A stretch of DNA of 64,000 nt from Chloroflexota bacterium. Its GTDB lineage: Bacteria > Chloroflexota > Dehalococcoidia > Lucifugimonadales > UBA3495. Shown piece by piece: positions 51,265 to 61,008 of the stretch. The stretch is taken from the NCBI GenBank assembly GCA_009840165.1, contig VXOG01000028.1, forward strand, positions 57,139 to 121,138, in the 5' to 3' direction. Every line of letters begins with the position of its first letter. The first letter of the stretch is position 1. The translations under genes were made by a program, and so were the position numbers. Under the pieces are notes generated by a model. The model was not told where the DNA came from and did not search any database. It was given only the letters and a program-made list of their open reading frames with translations.

Positions 51265-52910
51265 CAGTCAAATCGGAACTTGGAGAACGTGCCTTCTTCC
51301 TTGGTAATGAATTCCAGCAGCGCCGGCCGGCCCTCGGCGTTGGCCTGCATCGCCCGCTGCATGGCCGGCTTGATTTCGTCCGGTGTGTGGATCTGTTCCG
51401 CGTAAGCGCCCAGGGCCACGGCCACCTGGTAGAAATCGCCGCTCAAGTCCTTGAGGCCGTAGCGTTCCACTGCTGTCGGAATGCGGCTGTCGGGGTAGAT
51501 GGCCATGGTGGAGTTATTCATCACCACCGTGGTAATCGGGATGTTGGCGCGAACCGCGGTTTCCACGTCCAGCCCCACCATGCCAAACGCGGCATCTCCC
51601 ATGAAGTTGATAACCATTTTTTCGGGGGCCGCCATCTTTGCGCCCATGGCCAGGCCCAGGCTGTAGCCCAGCTGCGTGGACTTGCCCCATCCGATGAAAC
51701 TGCGCGGCGCGCGGGCTTCCCAGAACGGCGACACCTGTTCGCGCGGGCTGCCGGATTCATGGGTGACGATGGTGTTATCCAGGTCAACGGTGTGCATGAT
51801 GTCCCACACCACCCGGTACGGGTTCAGCGGCACCTCGTCGCTGGTGAGCCGGGGCAGCCACTCGGCCATCCAGGCTTCCCGGCTGGCGGTGATTTCGCCG
51901 GCAAGCTCCTGGTTCGGGGCACGTTGCTGCGCCCCTTGCGCCTTCAATTCATCGATGAACTGGCGCAGTGCCAGCTTGGCGTCGCCGAGGATGGGATACT
52001 CCGTGCGGTAGTCCTTGTTTATGTCGCCGTCGCCGTTGGTGAGGTGGATCAGCGTTTTGCCTGCGGGGATCGGCACCGTGAAACTGCTCTTGGTGAAACT
52101 GACGCCAGCCCCAAACACCACGTCGCAGTTGGTGAGGAACCGATGCACCGGCCCGGTTTGGCTGGAACCGCCCACTCCCAACGATAGCGGATGATTCTCC
52201 GGGAAGGCGCTCTTGCCTTCCAACGTGGTCAGCACCGGAATCTGCAAAAACTCGGCCAGTTCCAGCAACTCGTCCGTGGCCTCGGCATACAGAACCCCCT
52301 GGCCGGCCATTATCACCGGACGCTGCGCCGTCAGGAATCCGCGCGCCGCGCGGGTCACCGCCGCCGGGTCGGCCGCCACCCGCATCTGCACCGGCGGCAC
52401 GTAGTCGAAATCCTCTTCGCTGATCTGATCGGACACCAGGTCCGACGGAATTTCCAACAGCACCGGCCCCGGCTTGCCCGAGCGCAATTTGGTGAAAGCC
52501 TGTCGAAACAGTTCCGGCACCCGGTCCGCAAAGTTCACGTGGGCGGCCCACTTGGTGATCGAGTCGTAAGCCTGCACCGGGTGAAAGTTGGGCTCGACTC
52601 CAAGACGATTCCGGGCCACGCCGGCCGGCAGGACCAGGATAGGCACCGAGTCCGCATACGCCTGGGCAACCCCACCGAATGCGTTTTCCGCGCCCGGTCC
52701 GTTCTGGGCCAGGAAAATTCCGGTCTTCTTGCCGTTGGTGATCCTGGAGAATCCATCGGCCATGTGTACGCCGGTGCGTTCCTGGCGGCAAACCACCGGC
52801 CGGATACCGGCAATGGCGGCGGCTTCGATGAGGGGATTGGACGGCATGACTGCGATCCAGTCCACGCCCTCCATCTTCAATACGTTGGCTACAGCGGTAA
52901 CTCCGTCCAC
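51264..52910 (-). CDS. Thiamine-diphosphate-dependent enzyme (acetolactate synthase-like superfamily)
   Basis: RQERTGVHMADG, QNGPG, PGPVLLE, GKSAFPE.HPL, GDAAFG..., MNN; GTG 52910 after AGGAGG. Confidence 0.9.
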   Translation of the reverse strand: MDGVTAVANVLKMEGVDWIAVMPSNPLIEAAAIAGIRPVVCRQERTGVHMADGFSRITNGKKTGIFLAQNGPGAENAFGGVAQAYADSVPILVLPAGVARNRLGVEPNFHPVQAYDSITKWAAHVNFADRVPELFRQAFTKLRSGKPGPVLLEIPSDLVSDQISEEDFDYVPPVQMRVAADPAAVTRAARGFLTAQRPVIMAGQGVLYAEATDELLELAEFLQIPVLTTLEGKSAFPENHPLSLGVGGSSQTGPVHRFLTNCDVVFGAGVSFTKSSFTVPIPAGKTLIHLTNGDGDINKDYRTEYPILGDAKLALRQFIDELKAQGAQQRAPNQELAGEITASREAWMAEWLPRLTSDEVPLNPYRVVWDIMHTVDLDNTIVTHESGSPREQVSPFWEARAPRSFIGWGKSTQLGYSLGLAMGAKMAAPEKMVINFMGDAAFGMVGLDVETAVRANIPITTVVMNNSTMAIYPDSRIPTAVERYGLKDLSGDFYQVAVALGAYAEQIHTPDEIKPAMQRAMQANAEGRPALLEFITKEEGTFSKFRFD

Positions 52911-53012
52911 GGTACGGTTCCTCCTATCCTTCTGCTCTGTTGTTCCGGTCCTTCTCATCTGTCATTCCGGCGAAAGCCGGAATCCGGAACGTATTTCGCA
53001 ATCAAAATCCCG

Positions 53013-53726
53013 TCAGCCAATCTCGGCGAGGAAAGCGTCCATCGCGGCGTTGAATTCGCCGGGCTTTTCAACCATGGGGAAGTGGCCCGCGTCCTTCATC
53101 TTGATGAGCTTGGAGCCGGGAACGGCGCGGTGAATTTCCTCTTCATAATCGCCAGTGGCCAACGGGTCGTCCACGCCCTGGATTAGCAACAGCGGAGTTT
53201 CTAGCGTGTGGATGCGGTCACGCACGTCGAACCGATCAATCACTACCAGGTCGTGGTGTTGCGCCGCCGGGCCGACCTCACGATGCCGTTGCAGCAGTTT
53301 CTCGCGCAGTTCCGGTTCGATGAAGTGCATAATGCCGTCCATCATCCCCAGCCACTTCTCATACGTTGCTGCGTCGGCGGCCGCGTCAAGACGGAACTGC
53401 AAGTCTTCGGGACGCCTCCGCTTGGGCCGCATGGCAATCGTCATCAAGGCCAGCCCCTTTAATTCTTGGGGATAGTCAAGGGCGTACTGCAACGCGATAC
53501 ATGCCCCCAGCGTGAAGCCGCTCAACACGAGGTCGTGGTCGTGTCCTTGAGCGTGCAGCCAGCCACGCAGCCAGTCGGTGTACCGCTCCACGCTGCTACA
53601 GGGAGTCCCACCTAGGTGGCCAGGTAAATGAGGGGCCAAGCTGCCCGGATAATGCGCCAACTGGTTGACGTAGGAATCCGCGCATCCGCCCGCGCCGGGG
53701 CCGTGAATGAAAACCAATTGCGCCAT
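53013..53726 (-). CDS. Alpha/beta-fold hydrolase-like protein (elbow GFTLG)
   Basis: VFIHG, LPGH, SGFTLGA, P.LLIQG.DD, AGHFP.VE.P. Confidence 0.85.
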   Translation of the reverse strand: MAQLVFIHGPGAGGCADSYVNQLAHYPGSLAPHLPGHLGGTPCSSVERYTDWLRGWLHAQGHDHDLVLSGFTLGACIALQYALDYPQELKGLALMTIAMRPKRRRPEDLQFRLDAAADAATYEKWLGMMDGIMHFIEPELREKLLQRHREVGPAAQHHDLVVIDRFDVRDRIHTLETPLLLIQGVDDPLATGDYEEEIHRAVPGSKLIKMKDAGHFPMVEKPGEFNAAMDAFLAEIG

Positions 53727-53781
53727 CGTAACCTCGCCGGCGTAAGGGCTGCGGGCATTCTAGGCGCGGGGGCGAATCGGG

Positions 53782-54225
53782 TCAACTCCCGGACCACCCC
53801 GTAGTTCGCTCCGGAGTAATCTTGATTACCGGGTTGCTCTCCAGATCCATCTCACGGTACTGCGGATACTTAACACGGAGCAAGGCGAGGGCATCCGCCT
53901 GTTCCGCGCCGGGCTCCAGCAACTCGGCGCGGCCCTGCACCAGCAGATACCACAGTCTCGACCAGTCCGCTTCATAATGGTCAATCACTACTGAAACCTG
54001 TGGGTTTTCCAGGATGTTGCGGACCCGACGCAGTCCCCTCAAATTTCCGCTTTTCGGTTTGGCGTCCAGCGCCGAGTAAACGCTCTGACCATCGCAGGCG
54101 AAGCAGAACGGGATGACGTGGGGCCGTCCCGCATTATCGGCGGTAGCCAAATGACCAACCGGGATTTGATTCAACAATTCAACTTGCCGTTGGCTAAGCA
54201 CCGCCTCATCGCGTTTTCCTGCCAT
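53782..54225 (-). CDS. PPOX-class putative F420-dependent protein (Rv0121-like)
   Basis: HLAT....G.PHVIP.CF, D.KPK, L.RVRNI.ENP.V...DHY..DW..LW, KYPQY. Confidence 0.87.
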   Translation of the reverse strand: MAGKRDEAVLSQRQVELLNQIPVGHLATADNAGRPHVIPFCFACDGQSVYSALDAKPKSGNLRGLRRVRNILENPQVSVVIDHYEADWSRLWYLLVQGRAELLEPGAEQADALALLRVKYPQYREMDLESNPVIKITPERTTGWSGS

Positions 54226-54226
54226 A

Positions 54227-55795
54227 TCACCCTCGCAGCCGCTCAATAATCATAGGAATATGCAGCAACAGGTCACTCGCCACGACGCCCGCCCTGCCCA
54301 TACTGTTCCGCGCTACCTCGCCAGCCGTTCCATGAAGGTAGCCCCCTAGCGCGGTGGCGTCGTATGGTGCTAGGCCCTGGGCCATCAGGCCGCCGATAAT
54401 GCCGGTCAAAACGTCCCCGGTTCCGCCGGCGGCCAGCGCAGGATTGGCGAAAGGCAAGATACATTGCGCGCCGGTCGGCGATGCGACGATGCTGTGGGCT
54501 CCTTTCAGCAGCACTGTTTGGCCCCACTTATCCGCCGAACTGCCGGCAATGCCAAGTCGGTCTGCTTGCACTTCGATAGTGGATTGGCCGGTAAGCGTAG
54601 CCATTTCGCCGGGGTGTGGTGTCAGCACTGTAGGGCCGCGCAAACGGGCCGGCCAAGCGTCGCAGCGGGCAAGGTTGCTCAACCCGTCGGCATCAATCAC
54701 CGACGGCGGCATAGGCAAGTCGGCGTTGGCCAATAGCAGCCGCTCCACGAACGCCGTCGTTCCTGGCGACAAGCCAAGTCCACAACCTACCGCCAATGCT
54801 GAGTACCCCCCGAGACGTTCCCTGATTAGCTCCGCAGCTGTGGCATCAATACGCCCGTCGGAATCTTCCGGCAGGGGCAGATGGATAGTTTCAGTCAGTT
54901 TCGAGGCCGCTATGGGGTACACGGACTCCGGCGTTGCCAGAGTAACCAGCCCGGCGCCAACCCGGTGCGCCGACATTGCGGCCAGAACCGATGCGCCGAC
55001 GAAGTTCCGGGAACCGGCGACGATCAAGAGGTGTCCGTAGGTGCCTTTATGTGAATCCAGCGGGCGGGCGGGCAGCAAATCAGCGGCTGCCGAATCAGAC
55101 ATCCACTCGACCGACAGGTCAATGCCGTCAAGGGCTCCTGTCGGCAACCCGATACCCAACACAACTATCCGGCCGGCATAGGCGGCGCCAGGAAAGGTGG
55201 CGATACCCAACTTGGGGTAACACAAGGCCAGCGTTACGTCGGCAACGAGCGTGTTCTCGTCCGCTGATCCGGTATCTGGGTTCACGCCGGTGGGCAAATC
55301 CACGGCCACCACGCGCAAATCTGCGCGGTGGCGACGGTGCCGATTGGCCAATGCGGCAACATCGCTCATCACCCCTTCCAAAGGACGATAGCGACCCGCT
55401 CCCAGGATGGCGTCAACTACTACATGACAACTTGCCAGCAATTCGCCTAACTTTGACAAGTCGGCGTCGTCAGCCGCGTCCAATACCGCCACGTCGTAGG
55501 ACAGGGCGTCAGCCATCTTGGGATCGTGGTCAGGGCGGCCCCGAACGACGTAGCAGTAAACCTCGGCGCCCCAACGCCGGAGATGTCGCGCTATCACCAG
55601 GCCGTCCGCGCCGTTATTACCCGGTCCAATCAGGAGAAGGGCTTTGCGACCTGCTGTGCCGCCCATACCCTGGCGTATCTGCTGCGCGCAGGCCAGGCCG
55701 GCGTTTTCCATCAAAGTGTCTTTGCTTATGCCGACCCGTTCCGATGCGTCCTCCAGCGCCTGCATCTGGGCGACGGTTACGACTTTGACTGTCAT
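54227..55795 (-). CDS. nnr: Bifunctional NAD(P)H-hydrate epimerase/dehydratase
   Basis: LMENAG, GPGNNGADG, AVDLPTG, HKGTYG, IDADG, LTPHPGE, GGTGDVLTG. Confidence 0.95.
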   Translation of the reverse strand: MTVKVVTVAQMQALEDASERVGISKDTLMENAGLACAQQIRQGMGGTAGRKALLLIGPGNNGADGLVIARHLRRWGAEVYCYVVRGRPDHDPKMADALSYDVAVLDAADDADLSKLGELLASCHVVVDAILGAGRYRPLEGVMSDVAALANRHRRHRADLRVVAVDLPTGVNPDTGSADENTLVADVTLALCYPKLGIATFPGAAYAGRIVVLGIGLPTGALDGIDLSVEWMSDSAAADLLPARPLDSHKGTYGHLLIVAGSRNFVGASVLAAMSAHRVGAGLVTLATPESVYPIAASKLTETIHLPLPEDSDGRIDATAAELIRERLGGYSALAVGCGLGLSPGTTAFVERLLLANADLPMPPSVIDADGLSNLARCDAWPARLRGPTVLTPHPGEMATLTGQSTIEVQADRLGIAGSSADKWGQTVLLKGAHSIVASPTGAQCILPFANPALAAGGTGDVLTGIIGGLMAQGLAPYDATALGGYLHGTAGEVARNSMGRAGVVASDLLLHIPMIIERLRG

Positions 55796-56235
55796 ATTTC
55801 AGTCGGCGCGAGGGGTGCAGTATCATCGCCCCGCAGGATAGCTGCGGCGGCTTGCCGCGATTCTTCAGTGTCGGGTCGGGAGGCAACGGCGACCACCATG
55901 GCGTAGCCGCGGGAATGGGTCAAGCTGATTGCGATTTCGGTCACGCCGAGGCGTTCGGCCCGGCGCAAAGCCCTACCGTGTAACCTGGGACTGGGCGCGC
56001 CGCTGGGCGCCCGCACCACTTCAACATCCCGCCAACCGACGCCGCGGAATCCGGTGCCCAGTGATTTCATCACCGCTTCCTTGGCGGCGAAACGAGCGGC
56101 CAGGTTGGGGGCGCGGCCACGACAGTAGGCTATCTCGCCGGGGGTGAACACACGCCGCAGAAACCGGTCGCCATAGCGGTCCAGCACGCTGGCAACCCGT
56201 TCGATTTCGATGAAATCCACTCCGGTAGTGAGCAT
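55792..56235 (-). CDS. acpS: Holo-ACP synthase
   Basis: GVDFIEI.R, FT..E, AARFAAKEA..KSLGTG, ISLTH. Confidence 0.95.
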   Translation of the reverse strand: MLTTGVDFIEIERVASVLDRYGDRFLRRVFTPGEIAYCRGRAPNLAARFAAKEAVMKSLGTGFRGVGWRDVEVVRAPSGAPSPRLHGRALRRAERLGVTEIAISLTHSRGYAMVVAVASRPDTEESRQAAAAILRGDDTAPLAPTEI

Positions 56236-56337
56236 TTTTTACATCGATGGATAGGATGGACAGGATTTTGGCCGAACGCGGCTGTGGACTTCCCGCTTTC
56301 GCGGGAATGATGGGGCAAGGCAGGAATGCTGGGGGTG

Positions 56338-57216
56338 TTATTCGCCGGTGTGCCCGGCGATGTTCAAGTCTCTCAGGATGTGGGACACGGAATAACGCCG
56401 GTTCAGCACGTAAAAATGAATGCCCGGGACACCGTTGGCCCAGAGGTCTTCAGCTTGGCGCGTAGCGTGTTCCACTCCGATTTCGCGCACGGCGCGGTTG
56501 TCGTCGGAGAACCGTTCCAGGCGCTCGTCCAATTCCGCGGGGATGGTTGCTCCACAAAGCGAAGTGAACCTCCGAATCTGGGGAGTGCTGAGGATGGGGA
56601 GAACGCCGGGGATCACGGGTACTGTGATTCCGGCGGCGGCGGCTCGCTCCTGGAAGCGGTAGAAGTAGTCGTTGTCATAGAACAGCTGCGTGATCAGGAA
56701 GTCTGCGCCCAAGTCCTGCTTCATGCGGGAGTATTCGATATCCGTGTCCAGATCCGCGGATTCGGTGTGTCCTTCCGGGTAACAGGCTCCCGCGATCCCA
56801 AAATCGAAGTTATCCGTGATGTGGGTTATCAAATCGGTGGCGTGGGGAAATTCGTCAACTCCCGGCGCGGTCTCGTTGCTGTCCGCCGGCCGGTCACCGC
56901 GCAGGGCGATCACGTTTTCGATTCCCGCCCCTTGCAGTCTCTCCAGAACGCCGTGGACCTCGCCGCGAGTCTGGGCCACGCAGGTGAGGTGGGCCATCAC
57001 TTCGAGATCAGTCTCGGCCCTGATCCTCATGGTGATTTCTTCGGTGAAGGCGCGGGTGCCCCCTCCGGCGCCGTAGGTAACCGATACGAAATCGGGACTG
57101 AACTGCTGCAATCCCTTGATTACATCTATGACGGCCGGAACGCCGTCCGCCTCTCTGGGCGGGAAGAACTCGAATGAAATGGTACGTCGTTCGTTTAGTA
57201 TTTTTTTGATCTTCAA
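56338..57216 (-). CDS. metF: 5,10-methylenetetrahydrofolate reductase
   Basis: SFEFFPP, VSVTYGAGG, AHLTC, ALRGD, YPEGH, ITQLF, HFYVLN. Confidence 0.96.
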   Translation of the reverse strand: MKIKKILNERRTISFEFFPPREADGVPAVIDVIKGLQQFSPDFVSVTYGAGGGTRAFTEEITMRIRAETDLEVMAHLTCVAQTRGEVHGVLERLQGAGIENVIALRGDRPADSNETAPGVDEFPHATDLITHITDNFDFGIAGACYPEGHTESADLDTDIEYSRMKQDLGADFLITQLFYDNDYFYRFQERAAAAGITVPVIPGVLPILSTPQIRRFTSLCGATIPAELDERLERFSDDNRAVREIGVEHATRQAEDLWANGVPGIHFYVLNRRYSVSHILRDLNIAGHTGE

Positions 57217-57244
57217 ACCGTCTCCTGGTGTTGTGTCGTTTGGT

Positions 57245-58024
57245 TCAAAATTCGGGCTGGCGCTTTTCCTTGAACGCGGTGATGCCTTCCCTGGGATGCG
57301 GCGACGTTCCGAAAAGGTGTGTGAACGTCGCTCCTTCCAGCGCTATGCCATCGCGAAGAGGAACGTCCTGGCTGGCGCGGGCGAGGGATTTCATCAGCGC
57401 GAGGCCAGTGCGACTCTTGGTTCGCAAACCGGCAAGGATGGTTTCCAGCTCAATATCCAGCGATTCCGCCGGCGCCGACCGCAGGGCAAGCCCCCATGCC
57501 ACGGCTTCGGAACCGGAAAGCCAGCGTCCGGTGGTCAGCAATTCCATGGCTCGCGGCATTCCGACGCGGCGCGGCAGCCGCTGGGTCGAGCCGCCGCCGG
57601 GGATCAGGCCGAAATTAGCGTGCTGGTCGCCAATACGAGCGTCTTCGGCGACGACCGCCATGTCGCAGGCCATCATCAGCTCCATGCCGCCCGCCAGGGC
57701 GTAACCATGCACCGCCGCTATCGTCGGTATGGGCAATTCCTCCAAAGAGAATAGCGCGGCGTTCAAGTCCCGCACGTATTCCGGCAGCAGCGACAGGTCG
57801 TCCAATGCCTGGTCAAAGTAGAGCAGATCGGCTCCGGCGCAGAATCCCCGTCCTTCTCCCCGCACAACCAGCGCTTTGAGGGTTCGGTCTTCGGATACTT
57901 CCTCGGTAGCCTGCGAAAATTCGCAAAGCAAATCGGGGCTCAGTGCGTTCAGCGCGTCGGGTCGATTCAATCGAATCGTTGCAACCCTATCGTTCCGTGC
58001 CAGTGTAATATTGCTATACTGCAT
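57245..58024 (-). CDS. Enoyl-CoA hydratase/isomerase family protein
   Basis: LNRP..LNAL, FCAGADL, HGYALAGGMEL...CD, PGGGSTQRL, AF.EKR.P.F. Confidence 0.93.
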   Translation of the reverse strand: MQYSNITLARNDRVATIRLNRPDALNALSPDLLCEFSQATEEVSEDRTLKALVVRGEGRGFCAGADLLYFDQALDDLSLLPEYVRDLNAALFSLEELPIPTIAAVHGYALAGGMELMMACDMAVVAEDARIGDQHANFGLIPGGGSTQRLPRRVGMPRAMELLTTGRWLSGSEAVAWGLALRSAPAESLDIELETILAGLRTKSRTGLALMKSLARASQDVPLRDGIALEGATFTHLFGTSPHPREGITAFKEKRQPEF

Positions 58025-58153
58025 CCAGTGCTCCAGTCGCTACGGGCATGGTAGCGTGCCCGCAGCCAATACTATACCAGACCTTGAATTCGCTGGTTTA
58101 TGCCCAAGCTACACGCAGCCCCCCTGAAGCTGCATATTGATTCGGAGAGGCCC

Positions 58154-58633
58154 ATGCAAGACAGTTTCCGCAACTTCAGCTGGATTTTACACGGTTCACT
58201 GGCCGGCTCGATGGGTCCAATGGACCGTCGTCATCTCATTTACTTCGAACGGCATGACATCACGGCCCTGGTACGCATGGAAGAGAATACCATCTCAGGC
58301 GAGCCCTGGGGTTTCACGGAACTCTTTGAGCCGGTGCCTGATTTCCAGGCGCCCACCATGGAGCAAATCGACCGGATTGTGAACTTCGTCGAGCAGCAGA
58401 TCGAGACCTGGGAGCGTCCCACGGTGGTTACCTGCGCTGCCGGCATCGGGCGCACCGGTACGATTCTGGCCTCCTATCTGGTGAACACCGGATACGATCC
58501 CGACGAAGCCATCGCCTACATTCGGCAATTGCGGCCGGGTTCCATACAGACGCCGGACCAGGAAAATGCGGTCCGGGAATACGCGAAATTCGTGCAGGAG
58601 CGAAACGCCAACCGGCCGCGGCGTTACCGATAA
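58154..58633 (+). CDS. Dual-specificity protein phosphatase (CX5R)
   Basis: NFSW, VPDF.AP, CAAGIGRTG, R..RPGSIQT..Q. Confidence 0.9.
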   Translation: MQDSFRNFSWILHGSLAGSMGPMDRRHLIYFERHDITALVRMEENTISGEPWGFTELFEPVPDFQAPTMEQIDRIVNFVEQQIETWERPTVVTCAAGIGRTGTILASYLVNTGYDPDEAIAYIRQLRPGSIQTPDQENAVREYAKFVQERNANRPRRYR

Positions 58634-58700
58634 AGCAAATCATACGGGGCCGACTCGCCAATGCGGTCAGCCCCGATGTATGATTCCGGCTCCCGGGGGA

Positions 58701-58943
58701 TCAGGCGATCATAAGCTCCTCGCTCACTCGCTCTGCCGGGCGAGTTGCAACCGCCTCATGGAGCGTCGCCGTCAACTCCGCCGGCTCAACCTCCCGGCTG
58801 CACTGTAGGCACTGCAAGTAAGCTCCGTAGATGTCGCGAATCTTGCGCACGTTGCCGCCGCAGTGTGGGCACGCGCGCAGTTCTGCGCGGCGGCGACGCG
58901 CGCCCTGGGAAAACCGTTCGATGCTGACTCTGCTCTCCATCAT
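58701..58943 (-). CDS. Small Zn-ribbon protein
   Basis: CPHCGG...YLQCLQC; RBS TAAGGAG. Confidence 0.75.
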   Translation of the reverse strand: MMESRVSIERFSQGARRRRAELRACPHCGGNVRKIRDIYGAYLQCLQCSREVEPAELTATLHEAVATRPAERVSEELMIA

Positions 58944-59046
58944 GCGTCTCCTTACTTGATGGTGAATGTTGAAAGCGCTAGGTCAGGTGGTCGTCGTTAT
59001 CGGGTTTCGTTCTGAGGTTGAGCGGTCAATCTACGGTTAAATTGAA

Positions 59047-59076
59047 AACGGCCTCGGAGACAAGTCCGAGGCCGTT
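59047..59076 (-). terminator. Intrinsic terminator downstream of the second Zn-ribbon gene
   Basis: 12-bp stem AACGGCCTCGGA/TCCGAGGCCGTT followed by a T-rich tract on the minus strand. Confidence 0.7.
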
Positions 59077-59106
59077 GCCTGCGGGTTGTCTGTCCGTCTG
59101 CGATGG

Positions 59107-59322
59107 TCACACCATCACTGGCTCTTTATGTTCGGTCGGATTGGTCGGTGCGTCGATGGTCGTGGGCGGTACTGTCGCCGTTGTCGGTCGGCGGAACTCG
59201 CGTCCACATTGGGCGCACTGGTGATAAAATCCGAAGGTATCCCTCATCCGGCAAACGTCGCCGCCGCAACGTGGGCACGCCTTGCGCAATAGGGACTTGC
59301 GGGTACTGATCTGCGTCTGCAT
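59107..59322 (-). CDS. Small Zn-ribbon protein (paralog of 58701-58943)
   Basis: CPRCGGD...FYHQCAQCG; ATG 59322 after GAGG (alternative 59331). Confidence 0.72.
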   Translation of the reverse strand: MQTQISTRKSLLRKACPRCGGDVCRMRDTFGFYHQCAQCGREFRRPTTATVPPTTIDAPTNPTEHKEPVMV

Positions 59323-59483
59323 TTTCCTCATTCCTGGTAAATTGCCGATACCGCTGTTTCGCGCCGCTGGCTCCCACGGTGATTTCATTTTACCGCCACT
59401 GTATTACCGGAGTATTACGGCTATACCAGCAAAAGCGCGCGAATCAGCATATCATCTTACGCATTTCGTAACAAGGGGGTTTA

Positions 59484-59978
59484 ATGACGAATTTCACGAA
59501 TCCGATGCACATACCCGGCCAAGTCCTGTTAGCGGTGTATCGAGAAGCGCGCGCGGCGTTCCCGGCGGAGTGTTGCGGGTGGCTCACCGGCCCCGCTGCC
59601 GGCGACGGTGTGGACTCCATCAGGCCGGCGGAAAACGCCCAGGACGCCGATGCCCTCATTCCTATAGCCGGCAGAACCAGCGAACGGGCCTACTCTTTCA
59701 ACTTCGATGACGTTCGCGCTCTCGATGAAAGTTTCGCGTCCGCGACGCCGGCTAGAATCATCTACCATTCCCATCCCAACGGCCAGGCGTATTTTTCCGA
59801 AACCGACCGGCAATTGGCTACGCAGCCGCCGGGGTGGGGTGAAGGCCCGGTATTTCCCGTGCAGCAACTGGTAGTGGGAATAGACGCTGAGCGAGTGGTG
59901 GAAGCCGCGCTGTTCGGTTGGGACGACGACGCCGCAGGGTTCGTAGAACTGGCCCGCTACGAAGGATCTGAGATCTAG
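59484..59978 (+). CDS. JAB/MPN metallopeptidase (Mec-like)
   Basis: FPAECCG, IYHSHP...AYFSETD JAMM motif. Confidence 0.88.
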   Translation: MTNFTNPMHIPGQVLLAVYREARAAFPAECCGWLTGPAAGDGVDSIRPAENAQDADALIPIAGRTSERAYSFNFDDVRALDESFASATPARIIYHSHPNGQAYFSETDRQLATQPPGWGEGPVFPVQQLVVGIDAERVVEAALFGWDDDAAGFVELARYEGSEI

Positions 59979-60991
59979 GCGGTAGGCGTTCCCAACATGG
60001 CGACCCAGACTGCTCCAACTATGTAGGCGCCGGCCATCAGGGCCAATCCGCCCAGCAGCAGCGGTTGCGGCAGGCGGTTTCTTCCCCACAACAGCAACCC
60101 GCCGAACAAAATCAGGCAGACGGCGAAGATTCCGGCCACAAAGTGCTCCGGTTCGGGGTGGTTCAGTATGATGCCTTTCCGGTAGAACGGGTCGGCGAAG
60201 GACAGGATAGTAACGTTGAAAACGCAACTGCCGTACAATCCGGCCACTCCGAGGTCGGCGGCGCCCATCCGGGCCGCTGCGACCGTAGCCGAAGCTTCCG
60301 GCATCGTGGTCACGATGGATACGGCCAGGATGCCGAGGACGCCGGAGGAGATGCCGGTCAAATCCGCAACCCGGTCCACGCTCTGGGCCAGGAACACGCC
60401 GGCGATGATAACGCCGATGGAGACCAGGCTGAACATCAGCCACGCCTTGCTCAGCGTCATGCCCGGGTCTTCCACTTCCTCGTCGTCCCCGACGGCCGGA
60501 CGGCGCTGGTACACAATCCACATTCCGGCTACATAGACCGCGAGCAGTATGATGGACGACAAGCCGATTTGCCAGACGTTAACCCCGTTCTTGACGCCGG
60601 CGAACAGCACGGCCAATCCGGTCAAAACAGCCGCCAGCACTATGAGGTAGCCCTGCTCCGGGGCAACCCGCTGGAGGAACCGTTTGCCCCCGAACACCAG
60701 CGCCACCATGGCCATGGTGAACATATTGATCATGTTGGCGCCCACCACGTTGCCCAACGCCAACTGTGGGTTGTCGATCTGCACCGCCGTGATGTTGTTG
60801 GAAAGTTCAGGCAGCGATGTCGCCAGCGCCACCAGAATGCTCCCAACGAACAGGCGGCCCCAGCCGGTCAAGGACGCCAACGCATCCCCATACTTGGCCA
60901 ACTGGACGCCGAGGAATACCACCGCCACGGCGCTGGCGAGGAAAACGACGATGGCAACGGTGAGGCCAACGCTGCCCAGCAAGTTGAACAC
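59975..60991 (-). CDS. Sodium/calcium exchanger family antiporter
   Basis: Alpha repeats ATSLPE...GNVVGAN and TTMPE...GS..FN. Confidence 0.88.
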   Translation of the reverse strand: MFNLLGSVGLTVAIVVFLASAVAVVFLGVQLAKYGDALASLTGWGRLFVGSILVALATSLPELSNNITAVQIDNPQLALGNVVGANMINMFTMAMVALVFGGKRFLQRVAPEQGYLIVLAAVLTGLAVLFAGVKNGVNVWQIGLSSIILLAVYVAGMWIVYQRRPAVGDDEEVEDPGMTLSKAWLMFSLVSIGVIIAGVFLAQSVDRVADLTGISSGVLGILAVSIVTTMPEASATVAAARMGAADLGVAGLYGSCVFNVTILSFADPFYRKGIILNHPEPEHFVAGIFAVCLILFGGLLLWGRNRLPQPLLLGGLALMAGAYIVGAVWVAMLGTPTA

Positions 60992-61008
60992 GGTCCGGCT
61001 CCGCAGCT

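Noticed and set aside
59484-59978. JAB protein as part of a CBASS or ubiquitin-like defence system
   Set aside because: No E1/E2, ubiquitin-like or cyclase neighbours; resembles a stand-alone Mec-type sulfur-carrier peptidase
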